Source of the DNA: Eledone cirrhosa
Lineage: Eukaryota
Length of the DNA stretch: 64,000 nucleotides
Assembly (NCBI GenBank): GCA_964016885.1
Contig: OZ024741.1
Location: 53,444,001-53,508,000 of the forward strand
Direction: 5' to 3'
Each line of letters opens with the position of its first letter. The stretch's first letter is position 1. Below are positions 43,036 through 56,025 of the stretch, one piece after another. Made by a program: the position numbers and the translations under genes. A model generated the notes under the pieces. That model worked only from the letters and a program-made list of their open reading frames with translations. It was not told the DNA's origin and searched no databases.

Positions 43036-44390
43036 GATTTCTTTATCGGCCACACGTGCCAACATATAGGAGATAATACAATAGACAGGGACAGTGTGGT
43101 GAGGGGCGGCTACAATAAAATAAAATAAAAAAAAATAACAATAATCAAATGAATTACAACAATAAAAATTCCCCAATAAGGGCAGGACAACCCAGGGGCT
43201 ACAAAGGAACCCTACCAATCCTAACCACCAGACGCTCCAAGAGCACCCGGCAAGGACACACCTCTCTTCTCCAAATAAGCCAGCATAGAGTTGTATGCTC
43301 AATGGTTCGAGTAGGCCCATTCACACGGACCATCTTCGCAAGATTCACCCACCTCTTAGCAAATGTACTGGATGGCAACACTTTACTCTCAACCCTAATC
43401 TTCCTTTCTAAATGAAACTTGAAAGAGTTGATGAAGGGTTGGCCGACGAGAAAAGTGTCTGTCTTTAGTCCTTTGAGCCTCGTCCAGCACAACCTATTAT
43501 GCTATTGCCGCCAAACAGATAAAAATTGCCTGCCCTTCCCCGACAAAAGAAGGTGGTGGGGCGATCTTCTAGATGGAAACGGTTGATAGCCGGATCCGCC
43601 CCACACGTAATACCAGCTGTTCGACATAACTCCACAAGTTAGTAATGTATGGACACTGGACGAGTGCGGACAGAACGGTTTCGTCGCCGTGGGGGCATCT
43701 CCGACAGGTCTGTCTGACCGCACTTCCACGCCTGTAGAGATTATCTCGAACCCGCCGAGTCCCACAGTAGCATTGCCAATTGAAGGATTTCTGGAAGTTA
43801 TTCATAGTCTCCGACTCGAAAATCAGCCGGAACAGACTGGTCAATTCGTCGTCGCACTTGCCTACCACTGATCCTCTCTAGAGCAGAATCTCCACTGAGA
43901 GTATTGCTCGCCTGATATAGGTCTGTGAGCGTCTGGCAACATTCCAGATGCCAGGCGCCCAGTCTCAGTCTCTTCTTGTCACATGACTTCAGCTCAGTCA
44001 AAGAGACGAACTGCGGAAAGGCCTGTCACACAACCGGCACAACACCTGTTCACTGTTTAAGAATATCTGAAGATGCTGTAGTCTCAGCGCATGTTTGTGC
44101 ATCATCGGTCACGGCACGCCCTGCCCTCTGCGTAGAGGGTGTTTGCAGCAGATGGATTGCATCACAAACGGAACCTATCTCTTTCACAAGAATTTGAAGA
44201 TCAGCTGTTCCAATTTTGGTGAGATGCGAACGGGGGTAAAACACGAGAGTCAGGCGGTAATAGATGACGAACGCTATGTACACGTTGACTCGACTTTTCA
44301 AGGATAGCTTCCTCTCGGCCCATTTCTGGACAAGAGAGGCCACCTGCTGGTTACCCCGTTCCAGTTCTTATTCACCTGGAGGTCTGGTCT
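43036..44390 (-). mobile_element. Tx1/L1-clade element, copy F (3' 1.35 kb of ORF2 + 3'UTR), (ATT)n tail
   Basis: QKWAERKLSLKSR, GAWHLEC, NNFQKS..WQCY, CRRC...ETVLSALVQC and WTRLKGL are all homologous to B and E2. Ends GGCCGATAAAGAAATC(ATT)n. Confidence 0.92.
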
Positions 44391-47300
44391 TGGATTTCTG
44401 CATGCTCTCGACTTTAATAACGCATTGAGCGTATATATGTATGTATGCGCGCGTGTGTGTGCGTGTGTATGTGTGTGTGTGTGTGTGTGTGCGTGTGTGT
44501 GTGTATGTGTATGTATGTATATGTGTGTGAGTGTGAGTATCACGATGATTTCGGTAACAGTGAATTTGATGATGATGATGATGATGATGGTGGTGATTGG
44601 ATTATAATAATTTTATTATGACTTAGTGTATTTCAAGTTTCCTTTATTCCATTAATACGTAAAGTTGTTGTTTCTGTTGTTGTTACCGTCACAGTTGCCC
44701 TCGATCTTGGTGTAGCTGTTATTGTTTATATTTTAATTGTTGCTGTTGTCGTTATCGTCGTTACAGTTTTTTTTTTTGTTATTCTTTCTGTTGGTTATGT
44801 TAATGCTGTTACCACAATGTTCTTTGTTGTCACGTTCTCCACCTTTTGTGAGTTGATCTGATTCTGTTGTCGTAGGTGCATTTGGCTTTGTTACGAGTGT
44901 TGCTGTTTGTATTATTGCGGCGAATTTTCTTTGGTTACTGTGTTTGTTTTTGTTATTACTTTCCCGAAAGCACACTAAGCAGAGGTTAATACTAAGCGAA
45001 GACCTCGAAGAAAGAAGAGAGAATCATTAATGTCAAACAAACCCTATGTATACATACATGTTTAAAATAGCGATTAAAATGGGCAATAAAATAATTGTCA
45101 GCAGATTTGAATAAAAGGCGAAGAGAAAGTAATAATAAATCTGACAAAGTATGTTATTACAAAAAAATACAGAAACTGAGATGATGGTAAATAAGCTAAT
45201 AAAATGTTAATAAAAATGAACGCCAATATGAAAAAAAAATTATATAAATATTTGCATGAAAGAAGACGTCTATCTTATGCAATGTACCTGTTAACTTGTG
45301 AATATAAAACGGTCAACGTTATAATAAGCAGTGGAACAATACAAAGAGAGGTTATTCTACCATTCAGCTGTGTGGCTCCCCACCTCTCCCCGGATGCTAT
45401 ATGTAAGTGAGATATTTAGTATAGGAGTATGGGATTAACTGAATTCGGCAAAACAGTACCTGATGGGAAATACCGGACTGATGTACTTGCGGAATGAAAG
45501 TCAGATCATTTGAACATATGCTATGAAAGCAACAGCGGTTATGGTGGAGGCATATTTGCAAAATTCCATCGAAGAGAGAAGTTTTAGGGGGATGAAAATG
45601 TTTACCACCAACTAGGCTAAGCTTATATCTACACTATCGACAGTCGATCGACTTTCGTCAAATCGGACCAAGCAAACAATGTTTCCGTTGGTCTTTCCAA
45701 TTGCTCTAACCTCTCAGCCACATGCCATCACATCTACACTATATATATATATATATTTATATATTTATATATATATATATATATATACACAGACACACAA
45801 ACACACACACATACATATGTGTGCGCACATATGTGTATCTGTGCTTGCGTAATGTTAGCATCACCATCAACATATTTTTACATCCGCTTTTCCCACTTGC
45901 ATGCGTTGGACGTGCTTTTTCAGCACACCATCTCTGCATACGTCATGACCTTTTCTCATCTCTTCTGTAAGCGCTAGCTAGCGATTTGATATCAGCTCTC
46001 ATCCCTCTCACAGAAATACTATATTAAGAGGAAACAACACAAAATACAGGCTGTCAAACTACCAGTCACTTTGATAGGTGTCCATCTAGAATACATCAAC
46101 AACAGATTCAAGATCTGCAGCATTTGGCATGGTATCCTATAAGGATACCGCCTATAAATCATTTCTTTTCAATCAATACTTACAGAGCCTGCTCATAACA
46201 TACAAACAGGATCAAACGCAGTTTTCTACATGTTTGTATCCTCCCAGTGAATATATGAATGTGTGCAGAATTATTTGAATCCATTTGATTCCTCTAGAAA
46301 TCTGCATCCATAAAAATCGACTTAAATTTAACATCTACTAAAGCCGATGTTTGCTTTCAGAGCAGAAATACTAGAAGACATGAATTTAAACTAATTATCA
46401 AACTGAAGAAGAACACCGACCATTAACACAGAAGACAAAATCACCATGGTATTAGATATAACAGATTGACAAAACTCACACCACACATATAGGACATATT
46501 AACGTAAGTAAAAAAGACGTACAAGCATAATATAAGCTATTACAAGAATTACATTTTATCAACAAAACGAATACAACAAAACATTTGATACAATACAGAA
46601 TATGTCGGACTCATATGAACCAACAATCTCTTCTTAACAAACCACAACAACCAAGAGAGTACACAAGAGATTACACATTATTTTGGGTTCTATACGAACT
46701 ACATGTATAGACAGTTTACACAACCAACCAAAGTATACTAAACATGGAAGAACATTTGAATATACAAAGCGCACAATTTGTTGCTGAAGCAAGCTTCACT
46801 TACCACGGTCAGTGTCACTACATAAAAAACAATTTCCAAACACCTATAAAACTCGCCTGAAAAAATACTATAACAAAAAAAAACGATAACAACTATAACG
46901 ACAGCAAGAGTAAAAGCAATAAATAACAACAACAGCAACAATAAAAGTAAAAACAATAACGCCACCATGGCTACAAACGCAAAATAATAGTAACGATAAC
47001 AACAACACTTCTACAATAATCACAATAACAATAGCAACAACAATAAAACAAAGTTTTCTCATTAATCACAGCAACACCAACAATGTTCCTACATTAATTA
47101 CAATAATACCAGCAAAGAGGTTCCCACATTAACAACAACATAGCTATAACAACACCAACAACAGCAACATCAACATCAACAACAAGGCATTCCGACCGAG
47201 ATTCATTCCAGAATTGATAAATCGATATTGTATTGGAATATTGCTCATTTGCATAATATTCTGGATGAGGTGCGGTGTGGGGACTGTACGGGGTAGGGGC

Positions 47301-47409
47301 AGTGTGGGGCGAAGGTGATAAGGATAGGGTGGAGGAAAGGACAAGGAAAATAAAGAGGAGGATTTGGATATTTATGAGAAAGATAGATAAATAATTAGAA
47401 GTGTTCAAG

Positions 47410-47424
47410 GTAATATATATATAG

Positions 47425-47508
<84 letters not shown>

Positions 47509-47573
47509 TTATATATATACACATATATATATATATATATTTATATATATACATATTTATACATATATATATG

Positions 47574-47605
<32 letters not shown>

Positions 47606-47700
47606 CATATATATTTACATATATATGTATATATATATATGATTATATATAAATTATAAATATATATATATGTGTATATATATATAGAGAGAGAGACAAT

Positions 47701-47746
<46 letters not shown>

Positions 47747-47842
47747 AGAATGTATATATATGTGTGCGTATACATTGATAGGGAGGGGGAGATAAGGGGG
47801 ATGAAAGATTTGATAGGTAGATGGATAAACGGATAGATAGAT

Positions 47843-47892
<50 letters not shown>

Positions 47893-48394
47893 TTCTTTAG
47901 ATAGATAGATAGTTTAATTGATGGAAAGACAGACAGACAGAGAAATGGACTGATAGATAGATGGCTAGATAGATAGAGAGAAAGTCCCCCTCTCTCTCTA
48001 GAGAGAGGGAGATAGAGAGAGAGAGAAATAGAGAGAGAGATACATAATCAGATTTGTAGGTGGGTATAGACTTAGATAGGCAGAGAGAAATAGACTGACT
48101 GATAGATAGATAAATAGATAGGCAGGGAGACAAATAGATGAAAAGTGAAAGAAAGTAAGAGAGAATAGGGTAGACAAAAACTTAGAGACAAACAGAAAAA
48201 TATATATGTCGATATACTGATAGATCAATAGAGGGATAGATCGATATTATAGATAAATATTTTATTCAATTTCCCTGCGATTTTTACATTACAAAATTAT
48301 AGTTTGCTATAATAGATTCTCTATTGAAAAGGCGTATTTGAACTATGTGTGTGTGTAAGCATATATATATTTAAGCACATATTATATATATATA

Positions 48395-48454
<60 letters not shown>

Positions 48455-48521
48455 AATATATATATATATATATTTTATATATATATATTTATATATATAT
48501 ATATTTATATATATATATATT

Positions 48522-48606
<85 letters not shown>

Positions 48607-48826
48607 ATATATATATATATTTACATTTTAATAAATATATATATATATATATATATATACATAGGAATAAAAAATGGCGTGGTGTGTTGTTGCAAATGTG
48701 ATATACAAATTAAAATGAAGAATTAGAAATAGAAGCCAGGACTATGGCTTCTATTTCAAATTCTTCATGTTAATTTTTATTTATATATATATATATATAT
48801 ACATATTTATAATATAATATAGTGTG

Positions 48827-48858
<32 letters not shown>

Positions 48859-48940
48859 CACACTATATTATATTATATATATGTATATATAGATATAGAT
48901 ATAGATGCACATATAGATATAGATATACATACATATATAA

Positions 48941-48960
<20 letters not shown>
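47410..48960. repeat. (TA)n and (GATA)n/(GA)n fields
   Basis: Directly visible. Confidence 0.92.
48715..48768. repeat. Near-perfect 54-bp hairpin
   Basis: ATGAAGAATTAGAAATAGAAGCCA-ggacta-TGGCTTCTATTTCAAATTCTTCAT. Confidence 0.85.
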
Positions 48961-48979
<19 letters not shown>

Positions 48980-49599
48980 TATATATATATATTTATATTG
49001 TGTACAGCTGATTAAGAGGAGAATTGAAAAGCAATGTAAAATGAAATCAGTTTGATAAGCCGTTGCACACAACGATCGCTTTAGCAGTTGAAATTACTGA
49101 GAACAATGAAAGAAATGTAATACTGTTGGTGTTATTGTTTGTTCTCCAGTGAATTCTTGATTACGAAATGCCATAATTTAGAGATTAAGGGTAGGTATAT
49201 GCAAATATGTTCTTCAAACTGTAAACGAAACTTTTATAACATTAAAAAAAGAATCTTCGATAATTGAAAAGTGTTGCCTGAGTTACATTTGATTTGATGT
49301 TGTTTACGTATCCAGTGTTTGTAAGGATTCTGGCAAAACGATAGATTTTCATGTATGAGTAGGCGGATGGACGATATATAAAGTATACATACATACATGC
49401 ACATACACACACACCTACATACATACACATATACATACATATATTCATAAATACATACTCACATACATGTATGCATACATACAAACTTACATATATAAAT
49501 AGACTAAGAATTTCCAGTTTGTGAATTTGATTTTAGTGGAGGTGGCTTGCATGAACCACGCCCACTTTCCCGACAAAGCCAGCAGGAAAAGACAATGGG

Positions 49600-49850
49600 C
49601 CTACATAGTTTGGAACGACCAGGAACTATTTCATCTTCGGGTTTTCCACCAGAATTTCCCCTATCCTAATAAACCTTTGGATGGCCGTTCATTCTTAAGA
49701 GTTCTTACGCCTTTTGATGAGCTTTGTTTTCCCTTCCGCAGGATATTAAAGCTAACTTGATTGGTTTGCCTGCTTAGACGCCAACGACCCGACTACGGAA
49801 CTGGTTATATTGGGTTACATCTCATTAATAGCGCTCCAGAGCAAGCTGGC
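49600..49850 (-). mobile_element. Diverged 5' piece of the RTE-like element
   Basis: TTTGGATGGCC...TCTTAAGAG and CGCCAACGACCCGAC...GGTTACAT are shared with 13320-13483. Confidence 0.6.
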
Positions 49851-49922
49851 ATATATACATAAATACATATTCATGCATACATACAAAACATACATATATG
49901 CGCGAATACACACACACTCACA

Positions 49923-49977
<55 letters not shown>

Positions 49978-50043
49978 TGTCATACTTGGGGAGGGTCATA
50001 TTGTTGTAATAATATTGTCAGAAATAATAACAGAACACACTCG

Positions 50044-50101
<58 letters not shown>

Positions 50102-50455
50102 TAACAGATTAAAGTTTAAGCAAAGAATTGCTGCTTTCACCCGTAACGGGATCTTCTGAAACTAAAAAATTAAATCTGTGAACACAAGTAAACATTTCGA
50201 AAAACGTTGCAATCGAAGGACGGGTATGTTCTTTGTAGAAATATTCAGATGTTGTTTCTGCATGATGAATATAAGTCAATAGAGTGCTCAACCGAGGGAG
50301 CCAAATAGTAATAATAAAAATTTGAAGACTAAAATCCAAAGAGGGTTCGATAAGGATAAATATATATCAAATATATAAGAATCGTAGAGCAAATATTTTT
50401 TAAAAATAACAGATTATTATTACTATATGTGTATATATATATATATATACACACA

Positions 50456-50565
<110 letters not shown>

Positions 50566-51429
50566 GGAATAGAGAGAGAAGGGAAAGAAAGTTGGTGAAA
50601 TAGTGCGATGGAATTGAGCGTAAATCAGAATATTCGGGTTAATATATATCTAAGATTTGAAGGTGCTACACTCGTATGACCAGAGTAAATAAATATAAAA
50701 ATAAAATAAATCTTTCCCTCTCCATTAACTTGGTTTGATCTTTGTCTTTAGTTGTTCACTGTTCTCTTTCCACGTCAGATATTTCAGTGGGAAACATTGA
50801 TGTTGTTATTGTTACTGGTGTTGGAAGCAGTGGTCATCATTATGGTGTCGCTGGTCATGTTAGTGAAGTTATTGTTGAATTTGATGGTGGTGGTGGTTAT
50901 GCTGATGTTGATGATGCTGGTGGTGGTGACGGCGGTGGTGATGGGGATGGTAGTGTTGGTGACTGTGCTGGTGTTAGTATCGATCATGTTGGTGGTACTA
51001 GTAGTGCTGGTGTTGCTAGTAACGGAGGTGTCAGTATTGGTGGTGTTTAGTGATGCTAGTACTGGCTTTGTTTATAAAGATGGCGCTGGTGGTTATGACA
51101 CTGGTTGTGACGGTGATGGATGAAAGTTAATGTCGTGCTGAAAATGGTCTTTGCCCCACATAAAAGACTCAAAAGAACAACAACAAAAAACTATAAGGTC
51201 AATCTCAAAACAGATGGAAAAAATAACAGGAATCCCGTCACTTTTTTCTTGTCGTCCAATAAATCGAAACCTCATAATTTCTCGTATCTTTTCGAGTGAA
51301 CTATCCGAGCCGTCCCTGCACACCCCTTCACACCCTTTATTAGTAGCAAAGAGAAGAAAAAAATGGGGAAAAAGTAAACACTGTAATGTCTCTCATCCAT
51401 ACACACACATGAACGAACATGATAATAAT

Positions 51430-51810
51430 TGTTTCTTCGTTTGGCACAAGGCTAGCAATTTGAAGGAATAGTAAATTCGATTAAATCGACCCGAGCGTGT
51501 TACTGGTTGAATTGGCAGTATCAGTAGAGGGTCAGGTGGCATGCTTTGCAGCATAGAGTTACGGCCCTTTATGAACTGTGTTCAAGTCCCGTCAAGGTTA
51601 ACTTTGCCTTTAATCCTTACGGGGTCGATAAAATAAAGTACCAGTAATGCACTGGATAATTGCTGGCCTTGTGCCAAAATTAGAAACCATAATTTCATCG
51701 ACCCCTAACGAATGAAAAGCAGAGCTAACCTAAACGGCATTTGAACTCAGAACGCAAAGGGCCGTATCTACAACCCTCAAAGCATGTTAGCTGACGTTCT
51801 ATCGATTGCT
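51430..51810. mobile_element. Cluster of three tRNA-SINE pieces (-, +, -); the + copy 51508-51690 appears nested in an older - copy
   Basis: Family motifs in both orientations. Confidence 0.82.
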
Positions 51811-52398
51811 GTCAAACATGAAGGAAAACATGTAACAATTAACAATAAATTCATAACAACAGAATCCTCCAATAATGGAGAGAAGCAGCAATAATAATAA
51901 CGAGAAATCATAAGATTGAAAGATGGTTATTAATGAGGGAAGACCTTGTCACAGAGACAAAAGGTTTCGACAGGAAAATATGAGAAGCTTTTATGTGTGA
52001 CTCTAACGGCAAAAATACTCAATTACGTTTGACACTTTAAATCTGGCAAATATCCTTTTGGTCTTTTCGTGGTGAACACACACATACACACGCACACACA
52101 CACACACATAGTGAGACCAACACACTCAGAACCCCCCCCCCCCCCCACACACACACACATATATATATATATATAGAATCAGCTACTCAGAGAGTATGTT
52201 TGACCCCTTCCCAACCACCAAACTAGCTGTGCATATTTCTGATAACGTATGGCCACCATAATTAATTAGTACAACTGACAGGGTAATTAATGACCACTAA
52301 CGCCCCTGCCTCACCAATATCATAGACACACAAACACACATAATAAACAAAAATACCTCTCATCATCATCATCATCTACATAATAAATTAATAAGAAC

Positions 52399-52448
<50 letters not shown>

Positions 52449-52589
52449 CACTAATGATGATAATAATAATAAAAATAATTAATTAAATAAATAATAAATC
52501 GAAGTTAATTAACGTCTTCACATCTATTAATAAGATACGTGTAAAGTATCGGTTATTAATTCTGTTTTCTGTGTGAGATGTGTGTTTGA

Positions 52590-52609
52590 ATATCTATCTA
52601 TCTATTTAT

Positions 52610-52643
<34 letters not shown>

Positions 52644-52856
52644 TTCTGTCTGTCTGCATGTCTATCCATGTATCTATAAAAAAATAATAATAAATGATTA
52701 ATAAATAAATATATCTATCTATTCACCTATCCATCCGACTGTCTTTCTGCCTATTTATCTGTCTGTCTGCCTGTCTAACTGTATATCTATCCGTCTATCT
52801 GGCTGTCTGTCTGTCTGTCTCCCTCACTCCCTCTCTCTCTCTCTTACTCTCTCTAT

Positions 52857-52942
<86 letters not shown>
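52590..52942. repeat. (ATCT)n/(GTCT)n microsatellite heading the Tx1 array
   Basis: Directly visible. Confidence 0.95.
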
Positions 52943-52946
52943 CTGG

Positions 52947-53990
52947 GACTCGTCTCACTCACCGAGCTGCAATCCTGGGTCAAGCAAAGACCGAGAAAAC
53001 TGGGCGCCTGGCACACCGAGTGTGCCCAGGCGCTCACGGCTCTCTGACAGGCGGACCCGGCTGTCAGTGGAGAATCCATCTCGTCATTCTATAGAGGGCT
53101 GGTGGTTAGCAGGTGCGACGACGCCCTCGGAGAAGCCCTAGGCATGGAGGAAGACGAACTGGCCAACCTGTTCGGTAGGACATTCAGCCCGGGACCCATG
53201 GATAACTTCCAGAGGTCCCTGGCCTGGCAATGCTACAGAAGGTCTCTGCCCGTTCGAGAAAGGCTCTACAGACACGGGCGCCCGGGTAGGGACCCCTCGA
53301 AAAAGATCTGTCCCAGATGCGTGTGCGACGAGGAAACCGTTGCACACGCATTGGTACACTGCTCGGGCATTGCCGATGTGTGGGGCTATGTCGAACAACT
53401 GCTGTCAAGGGTGGGACCGATCCGGTTGACCACTGAGTCTATTGTAACGATCAAGCCGCCTCCCCCCTTCAAAGATTAAGGAGAGGCGGTGTTTCTGTGC
53501 GTAATAGCCATGGCGAAAGAGGTTGTATGGTGGACGCGTCTGAAAGGACTGAGGTCAGACACCTTTCTCTCTGGCCAACAACTGGTCCGTTTCTTCCGAT
53601 ATCATTTCGGAAGAAGGATTAGGATGGAGAGAGAGGTGCTGCACCCCAGCCGTTTTTATGAAAGATGGGTGAAAGTGGCGAGAATGGCCCGTGTGAATGG
53701 GCCTTCACTCTACATCAGACTATAGGTGAGGAAGATGAAAGACCAAGGGAGCACCTCTTCTCTGTGCTCCCGAGGAAAAGGGTTGCACACTTTTTTCGGA
53801 GGTGTGTGCGACCCCCAAGGCGCCTCCTCCCTATTGAGGACATTGTTATAAATTTTATTTTTTGTTATATTTTATTTTATTTTTATATATTGTTATTGCG
53901 TCCTCCTTATTGAGGACGCCTTGTCTTGTAAACTCCCCCCATTGTACATGTCCCACTTTTGATGCCCTGATGGCAAATAAAAGAAACATA
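52947..53990 (+). mobile_element. Tx1/L1-clade element, copy E1 (5'-truncated, ~1.04 kb)
   Basis: Near-identical to E2 58677-59715. AATAAA at 53976. TSD TATCTATCTATCTCTGGGA on both sides. Confidence 0.96.
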
Positions 53991-54215
53991 TCTATCTATC
54001 TCTGGGATGGACACACGCGTATAACTTGCTGAGTAAGTTCTGTTTAAATTTTTATAGAAATTCTTGTCTGTAAACTTTAATTTTTGTACCATTTTGTAGA
54101 GGGACTGCCAGCTCAAACTTTGATCTGGTCAGTCGCTCAAAATATTCTACGCCTTTAGGAGTAATAGTTAAACAAAAAAAGTTTTTTTCTTGTTGAAAAG
54201 TTAACATTTTTTAAG

Positions 54216-56001
54216 ATGGCTGAAGCTTCTTCACCAAAATTCGAAGGAGGAAAGGGGAAGATAAACTTACAACTTCCCCTGCCACTGTCACAGTAGCATA
54301 GGTAAAAAACAAAGGCCAGCCAGAGGAAGGACTTTCTCCACTTGCTGACCGACAAATTGACGTTGCCATGGCAACAAACCAAAGAACCAGCGGCACCAGC
54401 AACAACAACAACAACAACGATGCGACGGACGAAAACAACACCAATAACAATAACAACAACAACAACAATAACTGTGATAACAACAACAATGATAGCAACA
54501 ACACCACCAACTACAACAGCAACACAAGCAGGGAAAGGGTCTCCTTCGCCCAGACGGCAAGGAAAACCCTCGACTGTCTGCCAGTAGATATAACCAAAGC
54601 GAAGGAGCTATTGGCAGATGCAAAAAAATATATAGTGTACGGGGAAAATGGTTCATTCGAGATCCATTCCCCCCCCGGAACTAAAAAGCCAGAGACTCCT
54701 AAACACTGTCATGTTTAGGACAATCTCGAATAAAAGCAAAAAACCAGCTCAACCATCACAGAGTGAGATAGAGCTGGTTTTAAAAGACGTCATGAAGGAC
54801 ATCACCTTCATTCAGAAGGATAGACTCTACGGGAGTCTATCCATTCTCATGAAGGACAGGGACACAGCAGTGAAACTGTCCATCAAACCAATTACATCCA
54901 CCGCATACACCTTCTACCCAACGTACATGGGTAGAAGAACACAAAAATAAAAATCCACACCATCCTGCCGATTATGGACATATGGTGGGTTTTGACAGGT
55001 TTCCTGAACCTGGATGATGACACGCTGGTGTCCATGGGAAAGCATCGGGTGACGCGTTCAGTGGAACAAGCCTCGAACTTGTAGTTCAAATGAGGCCCGA
55101 AAGGATCGCCGAGATCCCTGAACGCGTCATACTGGATGATCAAACTTTCATCAACATTACCGTTGAGGGTAGGCGGCCCTCGTGTTACCTCTGCAGAACC
55201 AGCGGTCACCTGAGGGATGTCTGTCCCCAACTTAATAAGAAAACCCCAATCTGCCTACACCACCAACAACTGCACAACCAACACAATCACCACAACTACC
55301 ACTACAAAAACAACAACCACAGCTCAAACCAAAACAAAACAACGTCGAACCCATCCTCCCCACTAAAAAAAAAAACAATTTCCAAAACACCCGCACCGCA
55401 AACACAACTCGAAAATATACCCCTCCCCTCCAACGCGGAAGATGACCCTAGTTCGTCGTCAGACGAGGAGGAGCACTTCCACACAATCAAAGGAAAGAAA
55501 AGAAAACACACCTCAGACACACAAATGAATACAACCCCTCCCCAAAACATAACACTGACACCAACACAAAAGAGCTCACCATAACAGCAAACAAAAAACA
55601 CCACAGAAAAACAAAAACATGCATACACATACATAAACACAAGAAACAAAAAACTGTTAAACATTGTGTACAACAACAATACAATAAAAACCCAAGGGCC
55701 TAACTTCACCAAGGCAGGGGATTTCCCCCACCTCAAAATGATTAAGGCCCCACAGGACACTTATAAAACTTTAAAAAACAACTTTAAAGAGGAGGTGAGT
55801 CCCCCCTGCGTCGGGCCCATTAACCGCGTCCTTCTAAAAAACTGCCCCACCCCCTCCCCAAACACCCACACAACTCCAAACACCCCAACAACACAACACA
55901 CTGATGCCCCTACGCTTCCACAAACCACCACCCCACCCAACAACCCATCCCCCACACTAATGGAAATTGTGCAGCCCGATACCCGGGACGTAGAGAGGTA
56001 A
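54216..56001 (+). pseudogene. E2 ORF1: N-rich N-terminus, nucleic-acid-binding core, CCHC knuckle, T/P-rich tail
   Basis: Starts MAEASSP at 54216. CYLCRTSGHLRDVC fits CX2CX4HX4C. Spread over several frames. Confidence 0.88.
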
Positions 56002-56025
56002 GTGCCTTTTCTCTTCACCACCAAC

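Noticed and set aside
44640-45000. ORF1 remnant belonging to copy F
   Set aside because: N/T-rich low complexity with only a weak KFAA motif; cannot be distinguished from generic (AAC)n sequence
46000-46450. Possible Penelope GIY-YIG C-terminal remnant
   Set aside because: Only a faint resemblance (RRHEFKLIIKLK); too decayed to support
50096-50420. Possible host exon (76-aa minus-strand ORF between short direct repeats AAAATAACAGATTA)
   Set aside because: No recognisable domain or convincing splice context; probably repeat-derived
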